A stretch of DNA of 64,000 bases from Eledone cirrhosa. Taxonomy: Eukaryota. Each line of letters starts with the position of its first letter. The stretch's first letter is position 1. This document shows, piece after piece, positions 27,904 to 41,552 of this stretch. The stretch covers positions 37,138,001 to 37,202,000 of the forward strand of contig OZ024747.1 of the NCBI GenBank assembly GCA_964016885.1, in the 5' to 3' direction. Below the pieces are notes generated by a model. The model did no database searches, had not been told where the DNA came from, and was given only the letters and a program-made list of their open reading frames with translations. The translations under genes were made by a program, and so were the position numbers.

Positions 27904-30900
27904 TTACAGACACATACTCAGAGAAGGCCCATTCATTCGGGCCATACTTGCTTCTCTCACCCATCTTTCAACAAAATGCTGGGAAGAGAGCACTTCCCTC
28001 TCTACCCTGATTTTCCTTTTCAAATGAAATTTGAAAAAGTTAATCAGGGCATCACCGAAGAGGTAAGTGCTCGTCTTCAGCCCTTTCAAACGTGTCCACC
28101 ATACTATCTCTTTCGCCATGGCCACCAGACAGATAAAAACTGCCTGCCCTTCCAGGCTAAAGGAAAGGGACGGGGCAATCCTCACGATGGACTCAGCTGA
28201 TAGCTGGATCCGTCCTACACGTGACAGCAGGTGTTCGACATAAACCCACAAGTCAGCAATGCTCGGACACTGGACGAGTGCGTGCAGGACGGTTTCGTCG
28301 CCCTGCGCGCATCACGGACATGCCCGGCTGACGGCACCTCCATGCCTGTAGAGTTTATCCCGAACTGGCAAAGCTCCTCGGTAGCACTGCCAGGCCAGGG
28401 ATTTCTGGAAGTTGTCCATAGGCCCCGGCCCGAAAGTCCTTCCGAAGAGATTGGCTAGTTGATTTTCGTCGACGCCTAGAGTTTCTCCAAGTACGTCGTC
28501 GCTCTTCCCCTCCACTAATCCCCTATAGAACGCCAAGGTGGAGTTTCCACCGATCACATTGCCCGATTGGTCGAGGGCTGTGAGCGCCTGAAGACATTCC
28601 AGTCTCCAAGCGCTCCCTCTCGGTCTTCGCTTGACCCAGGACTGCAGCTCCGTCAAGGAGACGAGCTGGGGAAAAACGTGTCTTGCAAACGGCGACCACA
28701 CCTGATCACCGTCGAGGAAGAGGTGGAGATGTCGTAGCCTGAGCGCGTGTCTGCGCATCATCAGCCACGGCATGCCCAGCCCTCCACGTAGCGGGTGTTG
28801 ACAGCAGATGGACCGCCTGACCATCGGAGCGCGTCCCTTCCACAAGAAGCGAAAGAGCAAACGCTCCAGCGCAGTCAGGCGGGGCTTAGGACAAGGTACG
28901 ACGGTCAGGCGGTAGTAGATGACGGATGCGATGTACGCATTCGCCACCTCCGCTCGACCTTTCAGGGATAGCTTCCTCTCGGCCCATTTCTGGGTGAGAG
29001 AAGCCACCCTGCTCGTCACCTCGTCCCAGCTTTTGTCCGTCTGGAGGTCTGGACCGAACCAGACCCCTAGCAATTTAACCGGTCCGTCCGTCCAGCGCCC
29101 GACGACGCTGTTGGACGGCATGGACCTGCCTCTCCAGGTGCCGAGCTGCAGGCCCACTGACTTTTCCTGGTTGATCATCGCTCCTGTCACCGCTTCGTAT
29201 TCTCTTAGTGTAGTGCCGATCGCCTCGATGTGTTTGGCGTTCGACACCACTACGGTGACATCGTCGGCATATGCTGACACGGACCTTCCGCATCCTAGTT
29301 CGCGCGGGACCCCCCTCAACGTCTCCAGTTTGTGCAGTAATGGCTCGAGAGTCAATACGTACAATAGGGACGAGAGGGGACATCCTTGGCGGACCGAGCG
29401 CATGATGTTGAACGGTTCCGAAGGGTGACCGTTCACTCTCACTACAGAGCAGATGTCGCTGTCCATGGCAGCGATCCAGCCTCTGAAGACGGGCCCAAAG
29501 CCAGCCGCCCTCAGGACTGCCGTTAGGTAACGATGGTCGACCCTATCGAAGGCTTTCGACTGATCTAAATTGATCAAAGACCCACCCGTGCCAGGTTCCC
29601 TAGCTACCCTCTCTACGATGTATCGCATGAGGTGGAGGTTGTCGTGGATGGATCTGTCGGGAATGGCGCATGTCTGTGCCTCTCCCACCAGACCACCAAC
29701 GACAAGCGCCAACCTCTTTGCTAGCACCTTGGCCAAAATCTTGAACTCTGTGTTTAGCAGAGTTATGGGCCTAAAATTATCTATGTTATCCCCCTTGTTC
29801 GGATCCTTTCTCAGCAGCGCCACCGCTCCTCGGCTCACAGAGCTGGGAATTCTCCCGTTCTGTTGCCAGTTGCAGTAGACGTCCGCCAAGAGGCCTCCGA
29901 ACAAGTTTGGCATTTGTACGTAAAGTTCATAGGGCAGACCATCCAAACCAGGCGATTTACCCCTTGTGCAACTAGTCATTGCATCCCGTACTTCAGTGGC
30001 TGTTATCGGCTTTTCACAACACTCCGCCTCAGTGGCCGAGAGCCGCGGCAGTCTGTCGAGGTAGACACTAAAGTCCATCCCTCGATCCGGCCCACCGCTT
30101 CCCCCGAAAAGCTGAGCGGAGTGTCGCTGAAAAGCTTCACACATTTGCCCGGGATCGAGTAGCATGCGCCCGTCGTGGTCCACCAAAGACCGGATCGTGG
30201 CTTTGTTGCCTCCGTACTCGGACCCATTGAGCTGCTTTTGTCCCCTCGTGTCTGAGAGCACGCACCCTGGCTCTGACAACGCAGTCTTCGTGCATTGCAT
30301 TGAAGAATTGGTCAAAGGCCAATTTCACCGCAAGTACGTCGGCCGCGAAGCCTTTGCTAAGCGCCTCGTGTAATTTTCTAACGAGTTCTCCATGTGCTCT
30401 ATTTTTCTCTATTGCTAAAGCCTTACTAAACCTAATGGACTCTATTCTAATCGCTCTTTTTAGAGCAAACCACCACTTGTTGTTGACGATGGCCCCCGTC
30501 AACGCCCGCTTAACTAGTTCGCTAATCCGGTCTCTGTAGGCCTTGCGCGCTGGTAAGGACGCGTTTAGCTTCCAGTAGCCGAGTCCTTGTATATGAAGCC
30601 TATCTAAGTCAAGCACACAGATCACGAATTTGTGGTCCGTGTAGCTGACTATCTTTAATTGTAGACAGCCAATGCTAGACCTATCTATTTCCCTACAAAT
30701 TACTCTATCTAGATATGATCTGGATGACCCGATACGATTCGTCCAAGTCCACATTGGCACATTCGGGAAATCCAATCGGTACCTGTCAGACAGTTCAAAA
30801 CGCCTGAGCAGGTTGGTGCGGCTCTTTCACCCTCCACCCCTATCCGCTAATCCCACACAGTCCCAGCGTGCATCTAAGATCCCGTTCCAGTCGTCCACTA

Positions 30901-31312
30901 ACACTAAAGAGCGGGACTTTCCAAGAAAGGTCTCCAGACGCCGGAAGAAATCAGGCCGCCCTGCTCCTGTCGGGGCATAGACGGCCACTAGCCTGAAAGC
31001 TTGCCCGTCTTCGCTGGTCACGTCCAGCACCACCAACTTACCTTCTGGGTCCAGGAAGATGGCTCATATGGCGAGTTCCAAACCTCTTCGAAAAATCACA
31101 GCAACTCCTCCCTCCGATCCAGGACGGCTGGGAGATGCATACACATCGTAGCCGCCAAAGATCGGTGCGAAGGCCTGTGCTTCGGAGATTCTGGTCTCGC
31201 TGATGTCCACTACATCTATGTTTAGTGACCTGACGACGTTGAGCAGGTGACCCTGCTTCCATGACGACCCCAAGCCACGCGCATTTATGCTGCCTATTCT
31301 GAGTGAGGTCAT
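27904..31312 (-). pseudogene. Tx1/L1 ORF2 (APE endonuclease, RT, zf-RVT), frameshifted
   Basis: SINARGL, ISET, VYAP, DWN, SYLDR, TDH, GYWKLN, KSPGLDGLP, FRPITLLN, DQSKAFDRVDH, VRQGCPLS, AYADD. Confidence 0.93.
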
Positions 31313-31971
31313 GTTGAAATGGAGTGGAAAAGATGGGAAAGACCACTTACCTTACTTCTCGTAGAGGAAGGATGGTTTGTCCATCCTTTTCACTGCTTGT
31401 GGCCTCCTCCGGAAGGATGTCCTTATAAATCCTCCTGGAGAGTGCTTGTCGGAAGTCTCCGATGTCTTTGCGGAATTTTTGTTTTAATGTCGTGTAAGTT
31501 TTCTGTGTGATGCGAGTGATTTGTATGTGTGGAGGAGGTGTGAACATTTGGGGTGTTGTGTAGTCTTTTTCTGTGATGCTGGTGTTGTGTTGGATGTAGT
31601 GTAATAATTGGTTGTTGTTCAAATTTAATGCTGTGTAGTGTGTATTGTTTTGGTTGTTTTGTTTTGTTTGCGTTTGTTGTGGGTTTGTTTCTGTTTCGCT
31701 TTTTGGTGACTTTTGTGGTGTTGGTGATGGTGGTGTTGGGGTTAATGATGGTGATGGTGTTGGTGTTTGTGGTGATGGGGTTGGTGATGCTGGTGTGGAT
31801 GGTGGCATAGCTGCCCTAACTTTTTTGTTTGATGGTTTATTTGTTTCCTTCTGTATTTTGTTTTTGGAAGGGGAAGGAAAAGGATTTTTTTCTTTTTTGG
31901 CTTCTTTTTCTTCTTTTCTTTTTTCCTGATACCGTTTCCCACTCCTCGTCATCACAATCTTTCTCCAGTTG

Positions 31972-33312
31972 CTATAGGTCGGGGAGTGGAAAATCATCCA
32001 CAGACGTTGGTTTTGGTTGTGGCGTGGTGGATGGTGTAGGCGCTGGTGCTAGTTCTGGCGCGTTGAGTGGTCGTGGTGTTGGTTTTGCTACTGTTGCTGG
32101 GGTTGTTGCGGCTAAGGTTGCTTCTGTTGTTGCGGCTACAGTTGTCGCTGCCATTTCTGCTACTGGTGGTGTTGATGGTTGAGTCACTGGGGTGGGTAAG
32201 AGAGGTGGCCTCAACTTTTTAGCCTGAGGGCAGAAAGCCCTTAGGTGGGTTCCTTCACCACAAACGACACACCCAGGCCTTCTGCCCTCGACGATTACGG
32301 TGAGGTGGCTGCCGTCATTGGGGTCTTTTACCTCTGGGATCTCCTCAATGCTTTTAGGGTCCGCTTGGATCAGGAGCTCCATCCCAGATCCGGACCAGTT
32401 CTCCTGCTTTTCTTTTGCTATTTCTATTATTTTAGTGTTGGCCTCAATGCCGGCGAGGACGGCAGCCATTAGCCAGTGAATTTCGATGGCCGGTGGAACG
32501 TGGGTCACCCTGATCTTTACGAGTCTCTGGCCACAATAGCTTGGGACGAGTGTGAAGTCGTCGCTTCTTAATGGGGCTGTGGATTGCTCTCTGGCCTCCT
32601 GTGGTGTTCCAAAGAACACATCCACGGTTCCATATTTCTGCCCATGTCTGATGTGGGTTTTTTGCCCAGACATGTTCCAAAGCTTTTTGGATTTGGGACT
32701 CAGATGCCCGTTCCACTCGGCGCGATTTTATGTTAATCGTCCGCTAAGAGACGGTGCATAGGCGCTGATGCTCCATTTTATTAGGTGTGGGGGGAGGGGG
32801 TGGCTGACCCTGTAGCCATCTTTCTTTACCATTCTGTTGGCTTCATCTAATTCCTCCTGAATTACCTGGATTGTTTCGCATTTTTTGGCTGCTTTGGCAA
32901 ACGACACGGTGTTGTTATTCTCATTGTTGTTGTTGCTGTTGTTGTTATTGTTATTTTTGTTATTGTTATTTTTAGTTTCAGTTGTGGTGATGGTGGCGTC
33001 AGTGGTGTTCGGTGTGGAAGAGTCGATTCTGGGTGAATCCATTTCGATGTCACGAGATTATAATTTATTTTTTTCTTTTGATTCTGTTGTCGCTGTGGTG
33101 GTGGTTGGAGTGGCAGCTTTAACACCTGCAGTTATTGGTAATGGCGGGAAATGAATGTCTGCATGAGACAAATTTAAATTATTGCTACTGCTTATATTTT
33201 TAGTGTTGCCAAACGTAGAAATATTTACAATGGTGGTGTTGGAGTGAGGTGTTAGTCTGTGAGGAAGGCTGTCAGCTTGGTGTGGCTGTGAGTCGTCCAT
33301 GATTTTTTTCAA
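31972..33312 (-). pseudogene. Tx1/L1 ORF1 (gag-like, zinc knuckle) with two in-frame stops
   Basis: ORFs 33058-33312, 32728-33042 and 31972-32673 share one frame; CVVCGEGTHLRAFC is a CX2CX4HX4C knuckle. Confidence 0.8.
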
Positions 33313-33516
33313 AGGTAATTTTTTGTTTGATAATTATAAAAGTTTAAATTATGGGCTCAAGGCCCCAATCTTTTTGAGTGTCCTTTTCTGAAAACAAATT
33401 ATGTGACCTTATAAATACTTAACAACAAAAATTTTCCATAAATGGCAATTTGAAACAACTGAAAACAACAAATCTTTGCGGAGCTCACGATGATACGATT
33501 TCCTACGTAGGTCGCC

Positions 33517-33600
<84 letters not shown>

Positions 33601-34340
33601 AAGAAGAAGAAGAAGAAGAAGAAGAAGAAGAAGAATGGCAAAATGGCTAAGTGGACAGACAGGTAAATAATTTCACCACCAACACCACCTCCGCCACCAT
33701 CACCACTACCACGCCAACAACTCTAGTCAAGTTACCTCAACTTCTATTTCTACTTCAACTTCAACACCATCACTACAGTACTACGATCACATCACCACCA
33801 CCACTGCCTCATTATCGCTACCGCCGCTATTCTCTCCCAATACCTCCTGCTAAGTACTACTAGCACAGCACCACCACCACCACTACCACTGCCTCATTAT
33901 CGCTACCGCCGCTATTCTCTCCCACTACCTCCTGCTACGACATGCAACGTAGTATTCCAACTAAAAGAGGAAGGCATCAAAAGATATAAATAGACTGATT
34001 TGATGACCCGGTCAAAAAATCAAAAAACCAAATATCAAAATCAAAACAGCACAGCAGCAACGATATAACGTAAAGAAAAGAAAAATGAAAAGAAAAACAA
34101 ACAAACAGACAGAGAAGGAAAAAAAACTAAGTCAGACATTCAAACATTACATTACAATGAAACTTATGCTTATTCTTTTTTGGGGAGGTTTTACCTATTT
34201 GTTTGTTTGTTTATTTATGTTCGTCTACAGCGTGATAGTGCCACACTAAAATCACCGGGGGTGATGAAATCACCGGTGGTGATGAAATCACCGGTGGTTA
34301 TGTAACCATACATTCACCAATCCTCGATAAGAGTGTTTAA

Positions 34341-37300
34341 ATGTCGAACCTAAACAGTTCGAATAACGGTGAAGTGGAGACTGGAATGTCATGTGACAGA
34401 CTCTCACCCAGCAGGTGCTCCCTGGCTCAGCAGCAGGGACCTGGCTGTCATCCAAATACTGCTGGTATCGGAGGGAGAAGAAGAAGGAAAGGGACCAGAA
34501 CCAACTGGACGAAAGAATTGAATAGAACTGTTATGCAATGTTACCTGAAGAGTAACCCCAAGGAGAAAGGCTATAGGAAACGGATGCATAACATCTGGAA
34601 CGAGATTGGTCTATTTAAATTAGATGAACAAAAATTGGCCGGGCAGGTTCGGGTAATAAGAACTAATGGGTGGATAAGCGAGCTGGAACTGGAGGAACTG
34701 AGCAGAGAGATTAGGTTGGAAATGGAGAGTGGAGTATGCCAGGCAAACGAGCCAGTGGGAAATGAAGGTGAAGAGGTTGAGAGAACGGAGGAACCATCCG
34801 AAACAGACAATGATCTGAATGCTGAAATAAATAATACCTGGAACAAAGATACGGCCATTGAGGAGATGAATGCTGACGGGCTAGGACAAGATTTAGTTGA
34901 TATACTAAACTTAGTGGTAGATGAATTGAACAATGGTAGTGGGAAACCTATGAACCTAAGATTTGTAGACAGGAAAAAGTTAAAAGAAACAACAGCTAAG
35001 GTAAACAAAGTCATCCCATACCTTGAGGCGAGGAGCCTTCACCAGTGCAACAATATCCTCAAAGCAACAGCAAATGCGGTGAGGAAATTACTTGGCATAA
35101 AAGCGAGAGGAAACAACAAACAAGAAAGATCAGAACCTTGGTGGAAGAAACGACTGAATGGTCAAATCAAGGAAATGAGAAATGACATTGGAAAGCTTGA
35201 GTCCCGACTGAATGGGACACTAAAAAACATAGACACTAAAAATAGACTGGAAATAAAGTACAAAACTAAGAGGAAAAAACTAAATATTATCATAGAGGAA
35301 CTGAAGCAACGCATTGTAGTAAAGAGTACAAAAATTAGGCGATACGAGAGATGAGCTAGTCAGTATAGACAGAAGCGCAAGATGTTGTTTGGACAGCTTG
35401 AAGGGAAAGCAAGAGGCAACGAATTGATCCCTGAGGCGGAACAAACTAAGATATTCTAGAGAGGAATATGGGGCAGGATGTTAAACATAATGACCAGGCA
35501 GTGTGGATTGAGACAGTACATAAGGAGATTAGTGAACAGGCACACCAACAAACTGATTTGAGTATCACAGTCGAAATTCTTAAGGGGCAAGCCAAAAAAC
35601 TAACCAACTGGAAATCACCAGGCCCAGATGGTGTGCAGGGGTATTGGATTAAAAATATAACATCCCTCCACCCGAAACTGACAACCATGTTCAATGACTG
35701 CTTGATGTCAGGTGAGGTACCAGAGTGGTTGACAAAAGGTACCACAGTTCTGGTAATGAAAGACCGAATCAAGGGTAATGATGTTACCAACTATAGACCT
35801 ATCACATGTCTGTCCTTAATGTGGAAACTGTTGACAAGCATTATGTCTGAGGAAATCTACCATCACCTCCACACAAACAACTTGTTACCGGACGAACAGA
35901 AAGGATGCCGAAAGAAGTCCCGTGGTACAAAAGACCAGTTACTTATTGATAAGATGGTAATGAGGAATTGCAAGAGGAGACACACTGTTCTTGCCATGAG
36001 ATGGATAGACTACAAAAAGGCATTTGACATGGTGCCTCATTCTTGGATCACCAAAAGCCTAGAGATATTCAAGGTGGCAGATAACATCAGACAGTTGTTG
36101 GGCAAAAGTATGAAGTCCTGTAAAACAGAGTTAACATCAGCTGGAGAATCCTTGGGAGGCGTGAAGATCAAGAGAGGTATCTTCCAGGGAGATAGTCTGT
36201 CCCCTCTGTTGTTTGTCCTTGCCCTGATGCCCCTGACCATTATACTGCGAAAAGTGAGAGTAGAATACAAGTTGGGAAAGGGAGAGCTTACCATCAATCA
36301 TCTCCTCTTCATGGATGATCTTAAGCTCTTCGGGAATAGTGAGAAGGAGTTGGATGTGCTTGTTGACACTGTCCGTATTTTCAGCAATGATATATGTATG
36401 CAATTTGGTATTAGTAAGTGTGGAGTCCTTGTGATGAAGAGGGGTAAATTGAGCAGAAGGAACGGAATCCAGGTACCAACAGGTGAGATGATAAAGGAAA
36501 ATTACACTGAAGACGGATACAAGTATTTGGGTGTCTGGAGGCTGATGACATCAAGAACAAAAAAATGAAGGAATTGATAAGATCTGAATACATTCTTAGA
36601 ATAAGGAGCGTATTAAAGTCACATCTGAACAGTAGGAATGCCATAAGTGCAGTAAATTCCCGAGCTGTGTCTATTATTAGGTACAGTGCGGGAATTCTGA
36701 GATGGAATGTTGCTGAACAAAAAGAAATGGATAGGAAGACTAGGAAGCTATTGACTATCTACAACATGTTCCACAAGAGGAGTGATGTCGATAGACTCTA
36801 CTTAAGGAGATCTGAAGGTGGAAGATGTCTTATCAGCATAGAGGACTGTGTTCAGATGGAGAAAAACAACCTACACAAATACGTGACTGATAGTAAGGAG
36901 CCAATGCTCAGAATTGTACTGAAGGAGAGGACAATAGACCAGGGGATGTCCAAGGAGGAAATAACAAGGAGAAAGAGCAGCCTTCATGAAATATCCCTTC
37001 ATAGTACCTTCTTTGAGAAAACTGAATTCAGAGATCCACAGACATGGAACTGGTTGAAAAGAGGAGACCTTAAAAAGGCTACAGAAGGAATGCTAATGGC
37101 TGCGCAAGAGCAGGCCCTCAAAACGAAGTGGTTGAAACACCATATTTACAAGGAGGAGGCTAGCCCACTGTGCGGGATCTGTGGAGAGAGAGAGGAGACT
37201 GTGGCTCACATTGTATCCGAGTGTAAACACCTAGCCCAGACTCACTATAAGGGCTGGAGACATGATGTGATGGGCAGGGTGATCCACTGGCACCTATGCA

Positions 37301-37742
37301 AAGTAAACAATTTACCACATTCTGAGAAGTGGTATGAGCATAAACCAGAGTCGGTGATAGAAAACGATCAGATGAAGGTGCTGTGGGATTTCAGGATACA
37401 GACGGACAAGAAACTGGAACACAATAGACCTGACCTGGTGGTTTTGGACAAGGAAAAAAATCGTGCCTGATTGTGGATGTGGCCTGCCCATTCGACACGA
37501 GAGTGCAAGAGAAGGAGAGGGAGAAAATTAACCAATACCAGGACTTAAAGTGGGAGGTAAAAAGGATTTGAAACTGCCATGAAGTCAAAGTGGTCCCGAT
37601 TGTCATAGGCGCACTAGGTACTATCTCAAAAGCTTTCCAGGGATGGTTAAAGAAAATTGGCCCCACCACGCTTTTTGGAACGCTTCAAAAGGCATGCTTG
37701 TTGGGAACAGCAAGAACCCTCCGATACGTCCTGAATATCTGA
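34341..37742 (+). pseudogene. R4/Dong-clade non-LTR retrotransposon ORF (RT, CCHC, RLE), disrupted
   Basis: WKSPGPDG, YRPITCL, DYKKAFD, GIFQGDSLSPL, LFMDDLKL, CGICG..H..C, RHD, RPDLVV; TAA-rich 3' end near 37830. Confidence 0.93.
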
Positions 37743-37879
37743 GGCTGCAGGTAGTGGCTTGATATTCATTTCAACAAACTTTCCAGTTAACTAACATCAA
37801 TGACTGAGACTCAAAGAACAATAATAACACTCTTAATAATTATTAATTAATGCAATCGTGGGTGAAGAATATTTTTAAA

Positions 37880-38125
37880 ATGAGGAAAGATTGTGCACTG
37901 AGCCAATCCCAATCTCTGAGCGACAGTAGCTATAACCCGAAAAGAAGAAAAGATCAACATCATCGGTAACTACTGAGCCCCAGTTTTTATGTTGGAGTTA
38001 ACCCAGTTTCCTGAGATGCCTTCTCCTAGAATGCCCTGACAAGGGCTAGGGGTCCTTCACTCTCAGTGGTTTAACTGCGCGATTGGGTATCCAGCCCGAT
38101 TATTTCTATGTCGCCGAGGATGAAA
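37880..38125 (-). mobile_element. RTE-type 5' UTR fragment
   Basis: Similar to 42450-42610, including minus-strand CCCTTGTCA..CTAGGAGAAGG. Confidence 0.5.
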
Positions 38126-38158
38126 AGAAAATAATCACTTATTGACACTCATACGTAC

Positions 38159-38262
<104 letters not shown>

Positions 38263-38264
38263 AA

Positions 38265-38678
38265 TAATATTAATAAATGGAAACTATATTTATAAACCAT
38301 ATTTATTCTATTATATATATTTCAAGAGTACCAAAACTTTAGTACGCACTCATCAGATAAAATACAAAGTTTGTTTTATAAATATTGACATATCCAGGAA
38401 TGAGACCTTATAAAATATAAAGTTTGTTTTATAAATATTGACATAACCAGGAATGAGACCTTAACGGTTCAAGTTCACCGTTAAGATCTCATTCTTGGAT
38501 ATGTCAATATTTATAAAACAAACTTTGTATTTTATCTGATGAGTGCGTACCTAAATTTTGGTACCCTTGAAATATATATAATAGAATATATATGGTTTTA
38601 TAAATATAGTTTCCATTTATTAATATCATTGATATTATACTCCAGAAAATATGTCGAGTGCTTCGAATCTGTTATAAA
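38265..38678. mobile_element. Fold-back element with hammerheads in both arms (38306-38362 minus, 38530-38586 plus)
   Basis: Arms about 38265-38467 and 38478-38627. TTTTAT-CTGATGA-GTGCGTAC..GTACCCTT-GAAA-TATATA-TA-ATAGAA. Tail with ACTC..GAGTGCT; (TA)n flanks. Confidence 0.85.
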
Positions 38679-38735
38679 TATATATATATATGTTGAATTA
38701 CCAACAAATTAAATATCCCTTTGCTTATATATATA

Positions 38736-41157
38736 CTAGCAGCTGAGCCCGGTTGCACCCGGGGCCACTTTTTATTAAGTTAATAATTTGAAAAATATTA
38801 TTGAAAGTTTATTATAAAGAAGCAGTATCAGGAAAAAATAGAAATATGTCCTTGGGGCTGGACGGCGTACAATGACAAGTGGGGCGACGTGAAAAGCGTT
38901 CAGAGACGTTGAGTGGCGACGGAAGAGGAATGGCGGAAGCTTCAAAGGTGTTGTTGCAGTGCTTCTTTGTAGACAACGTTCCTGGTATTACCTGGATTAC
39001 CACAAATGTAGAGATTGTGTGGACTGCTGACGCGTGAGCACTCGACGTATAGTTGACCGTGGGTAAATACCTGCTGTGTCAGATTTAGACCAACTACTTG
39101 CAGCGACTGTCCCTGTGCCTTGTTGATACTCATTGCAAAGCAGAGTTTTACGGGAAACTGCCGTCTCGTAAAATCAAATGGGACGTCAGAGGGACTAAGG
39201 CTTATGAGGGATAATAACTTTGTCCCGCCAGCAGACGGTCCGCGCAGAATTTTTGTCGTAAGAATTCGTGTCCCAATTTTTTTGATGATCAGACGCGTCC
39301 CGTTGCATAGTTCTGGTGGTTCCACGTTTCTTAGTAGCATAACTGGAACACCAACCTTCAGTCTAAGGTCATGAGGTGGAAGTCCGGGAGGTTGTTGACT
39401 GTTGAGGAATTCAATCGGATAGTTGACGGCGTCGTCCGCGTTTTTGTTGGTGTCAATTGACTTGAAGGAGACTTCACCTCCTGGAATCTGATCAAGCAGG
39501 TGTTGATTCATTGCGTCAACGGTGGCATTATGTGGTGCTAAAATAGCTCTCCCTTGCAGCCAGTTGTGATCAAGGAATCGTGCTTCGAAGTCTGGGAAAA
39601 CAGATGACATTAATTCCTCTATGCTTGATACAAAGTTTCCAAACGGCAGACGGATGTGCTGTTCATCGATTCCAGGTGTAGTTCCATTAGTAACTTCCAG
39701 TAGCTGTTTTGAGAAATCCTCAGATTCTGTGTCGCCATGCACATGCACTCTCATGTTAGTAGTCAGGTTTAGTTTCTGGACATCTGAAGTCTCCTCCAGA
39801 ATTGTGCTTTGGTGCTGATGGAGCAGCTCATAAGGAGAGGTTGCCTAAATGGGTAAAAAAAAAATAACCAACATAGATGTGATCTATTAGCTGTGTGTGG
39901 GCATCTTATTCAACATTATAATGGAAAAACGATATTAAAAGAAGACATGAAGGCGAATTAGCCTTCGAAGTAGTTATAAAAGGATAATAGCAATAACTGC
40001 AAATTTAGAAGGTGATCGTTTATTAACAGCGAAATAGCAATGTCGATGCTATGCAAGTTTAAAAATGCAGATTATGAAGGTTTGTAGGATAGTTTACACT
40101 TTCATTGCCCTGGTAGCAAGAGGGGCCTCTATATATTAGACGTTTATTAGAAGAGGGGGAAATAACTAACCCCAGTATTAGAACAGGGGGTTCGCAATGT
40201 AAGGATTTTATTTCTTTTGTTAGAAAACAGTGACCTTTTTCGGTTTGGCATTTCGTAAAATTCTACTGCAGAATCGATTTCATAAAACGGTACTGTATGA
40301 TCGTTATAGAAGTATTTAAATTTAATATATAGCAACTGTAATTGAAACATGAAAATGAAACGTACTGTAGAAGGCAACAGTTTATTAACAGCGAAATAAC
40401 GTTGTCTTTGATATGTTATTTTAAATAAGACAATGAATATTAAAAAAAAGACTGAATTAATTAACTCGGCAACTTATAGATCCCATTCATTAAGTTTACA
40501 ATGGATATTTAAAAAAAACTGAATTAATTAACTCGGCAACCAAACGGCTTATAGATCATTAAGTTTACATGCATGTATTCTTTAAACTTTTCATTTGACT
40601 TTGAAAAATACTACTTACTGTTAGTGGTGGTTAACATGTATTAGAATTAAAATAAAAATTACATCGGAAAAAACGTACCTGAGAACACGCCTCCCTTCTT
40701 CGCAATTTAAGGGTTTTATTTCTTTTGATGGAAAACAGTGACTGTTTTCGGTTTGACATTTCGTAAAATGGTACTGCAGAATCGATTTCATAAAACGGTA
40801 CTGTATGGTAACAGCGAAAGAACGTTGTGTTTGATATGTTATGAAAAAGTTGATGAGTTTTAAAATTTGTATGAAATTATAAATACGACAATGAATATTG
40901 AAAGCGACTACGGAAAATAACTCATCCAAGTATTAGAACAGGGGGAAATAACTCACTGAAAGCGATAGTAAATAGACCGTTTTGGGGCCCTAGGGACCAC
41001 ATTTTTCAAGTTAGAGATTTGAAACCTCATCTATTTTCTTCCTTGGCACTTTTTACATAGGTGTGTAAATGTTCATGTCCGTCCGACCACGTCTACTACC
41101 ATTTAACCGTGCACAACTGAATTTCAACCACCACCCATTTCACAAATATATATTAGA
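38736..41157 (-). mobile_element. Internally deleted Helitron
   Basis: Minus strand 5' A|TCTAATATATA at 41157 and 3' CCCGG(GTGCAA)CCGGG..CTAG|T at 38736; contains a PIF1 fragment. Confidence 0.85.
38942..39790 (-). pseudogene. Helitron PIF1 helicase C-terminal half
   Basis: LTTNMRV, RAILAPHN, PPHDLRLKVGVPVMLLRN, LCNGTRL, RRQFPVKLCFAMSINKAQGQS, HGQLYV.CSRV, NVVYKEAL. Confidence 0.93.
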
Positions 41158-41247
41158 TATTACCGTCATTACTGATACTAGATTATGTCAACTAATGACC
41201 TTCGAAAGAGTTCGTATAATTAAAGCTGTTCGTGTGTTACTGTTCAG

Positions 41248-41552
41248 TATGTGGATTGGCAATATTGGTAGAGCGTCAGACACCTTGCTTTGCAGCATTG
41301 AGTTATAGCCCTTTACGTTCTGAGTTCAAATCCTTCCGAGTTTAACTTTGCCTTTCATCCCCATGGGGTAGGTAAAACAAATCACCAGTAATGCACCAGG
41401 ACAATCGCTGGCCCCGTGCCAAAAGCAGAAATAATTATTATTATTATAGTTGTTGTTAACTTTGCCTTTCATCCTTATGGGGTCGATAAAATAAAGTACC
41501 AGTAATACACTGGGTAATTGCTGGCCTTGTACCAAAAGTAGAAACAATTATT
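41248..41552 (+). mobile_element. tRNA-derived SINE plus a tandem partial second copy
   Basis: GTGGATTGGCAATATTGGTAGAGCG..GAGTTCAAATCC..GCCTTTCATCC; the body is repeated at 41455-41552. Confidence 0.85.

Larger units (their letters stand above)
27660..33516 (-). mobile_element. Full-length Tx1/L1-clade LINE flanked by (AAT)n
   Basis: 5' end GGCGACCTACG at 33516, 3' end ..AATAAAGAAAAC at 27660, (AAT)n on both sides, ORF1 and ORF2 remnants inside. Confidence 0.92.

Noticed and set aside
33798-34300. Local duplications (about 55 bp twice at 33798/33884; 18 bp three times at 34249-34302)
   Set aside because: These are ordinary slippage-type repeats in low-complexity or 5' UTR sequence with no further structure.
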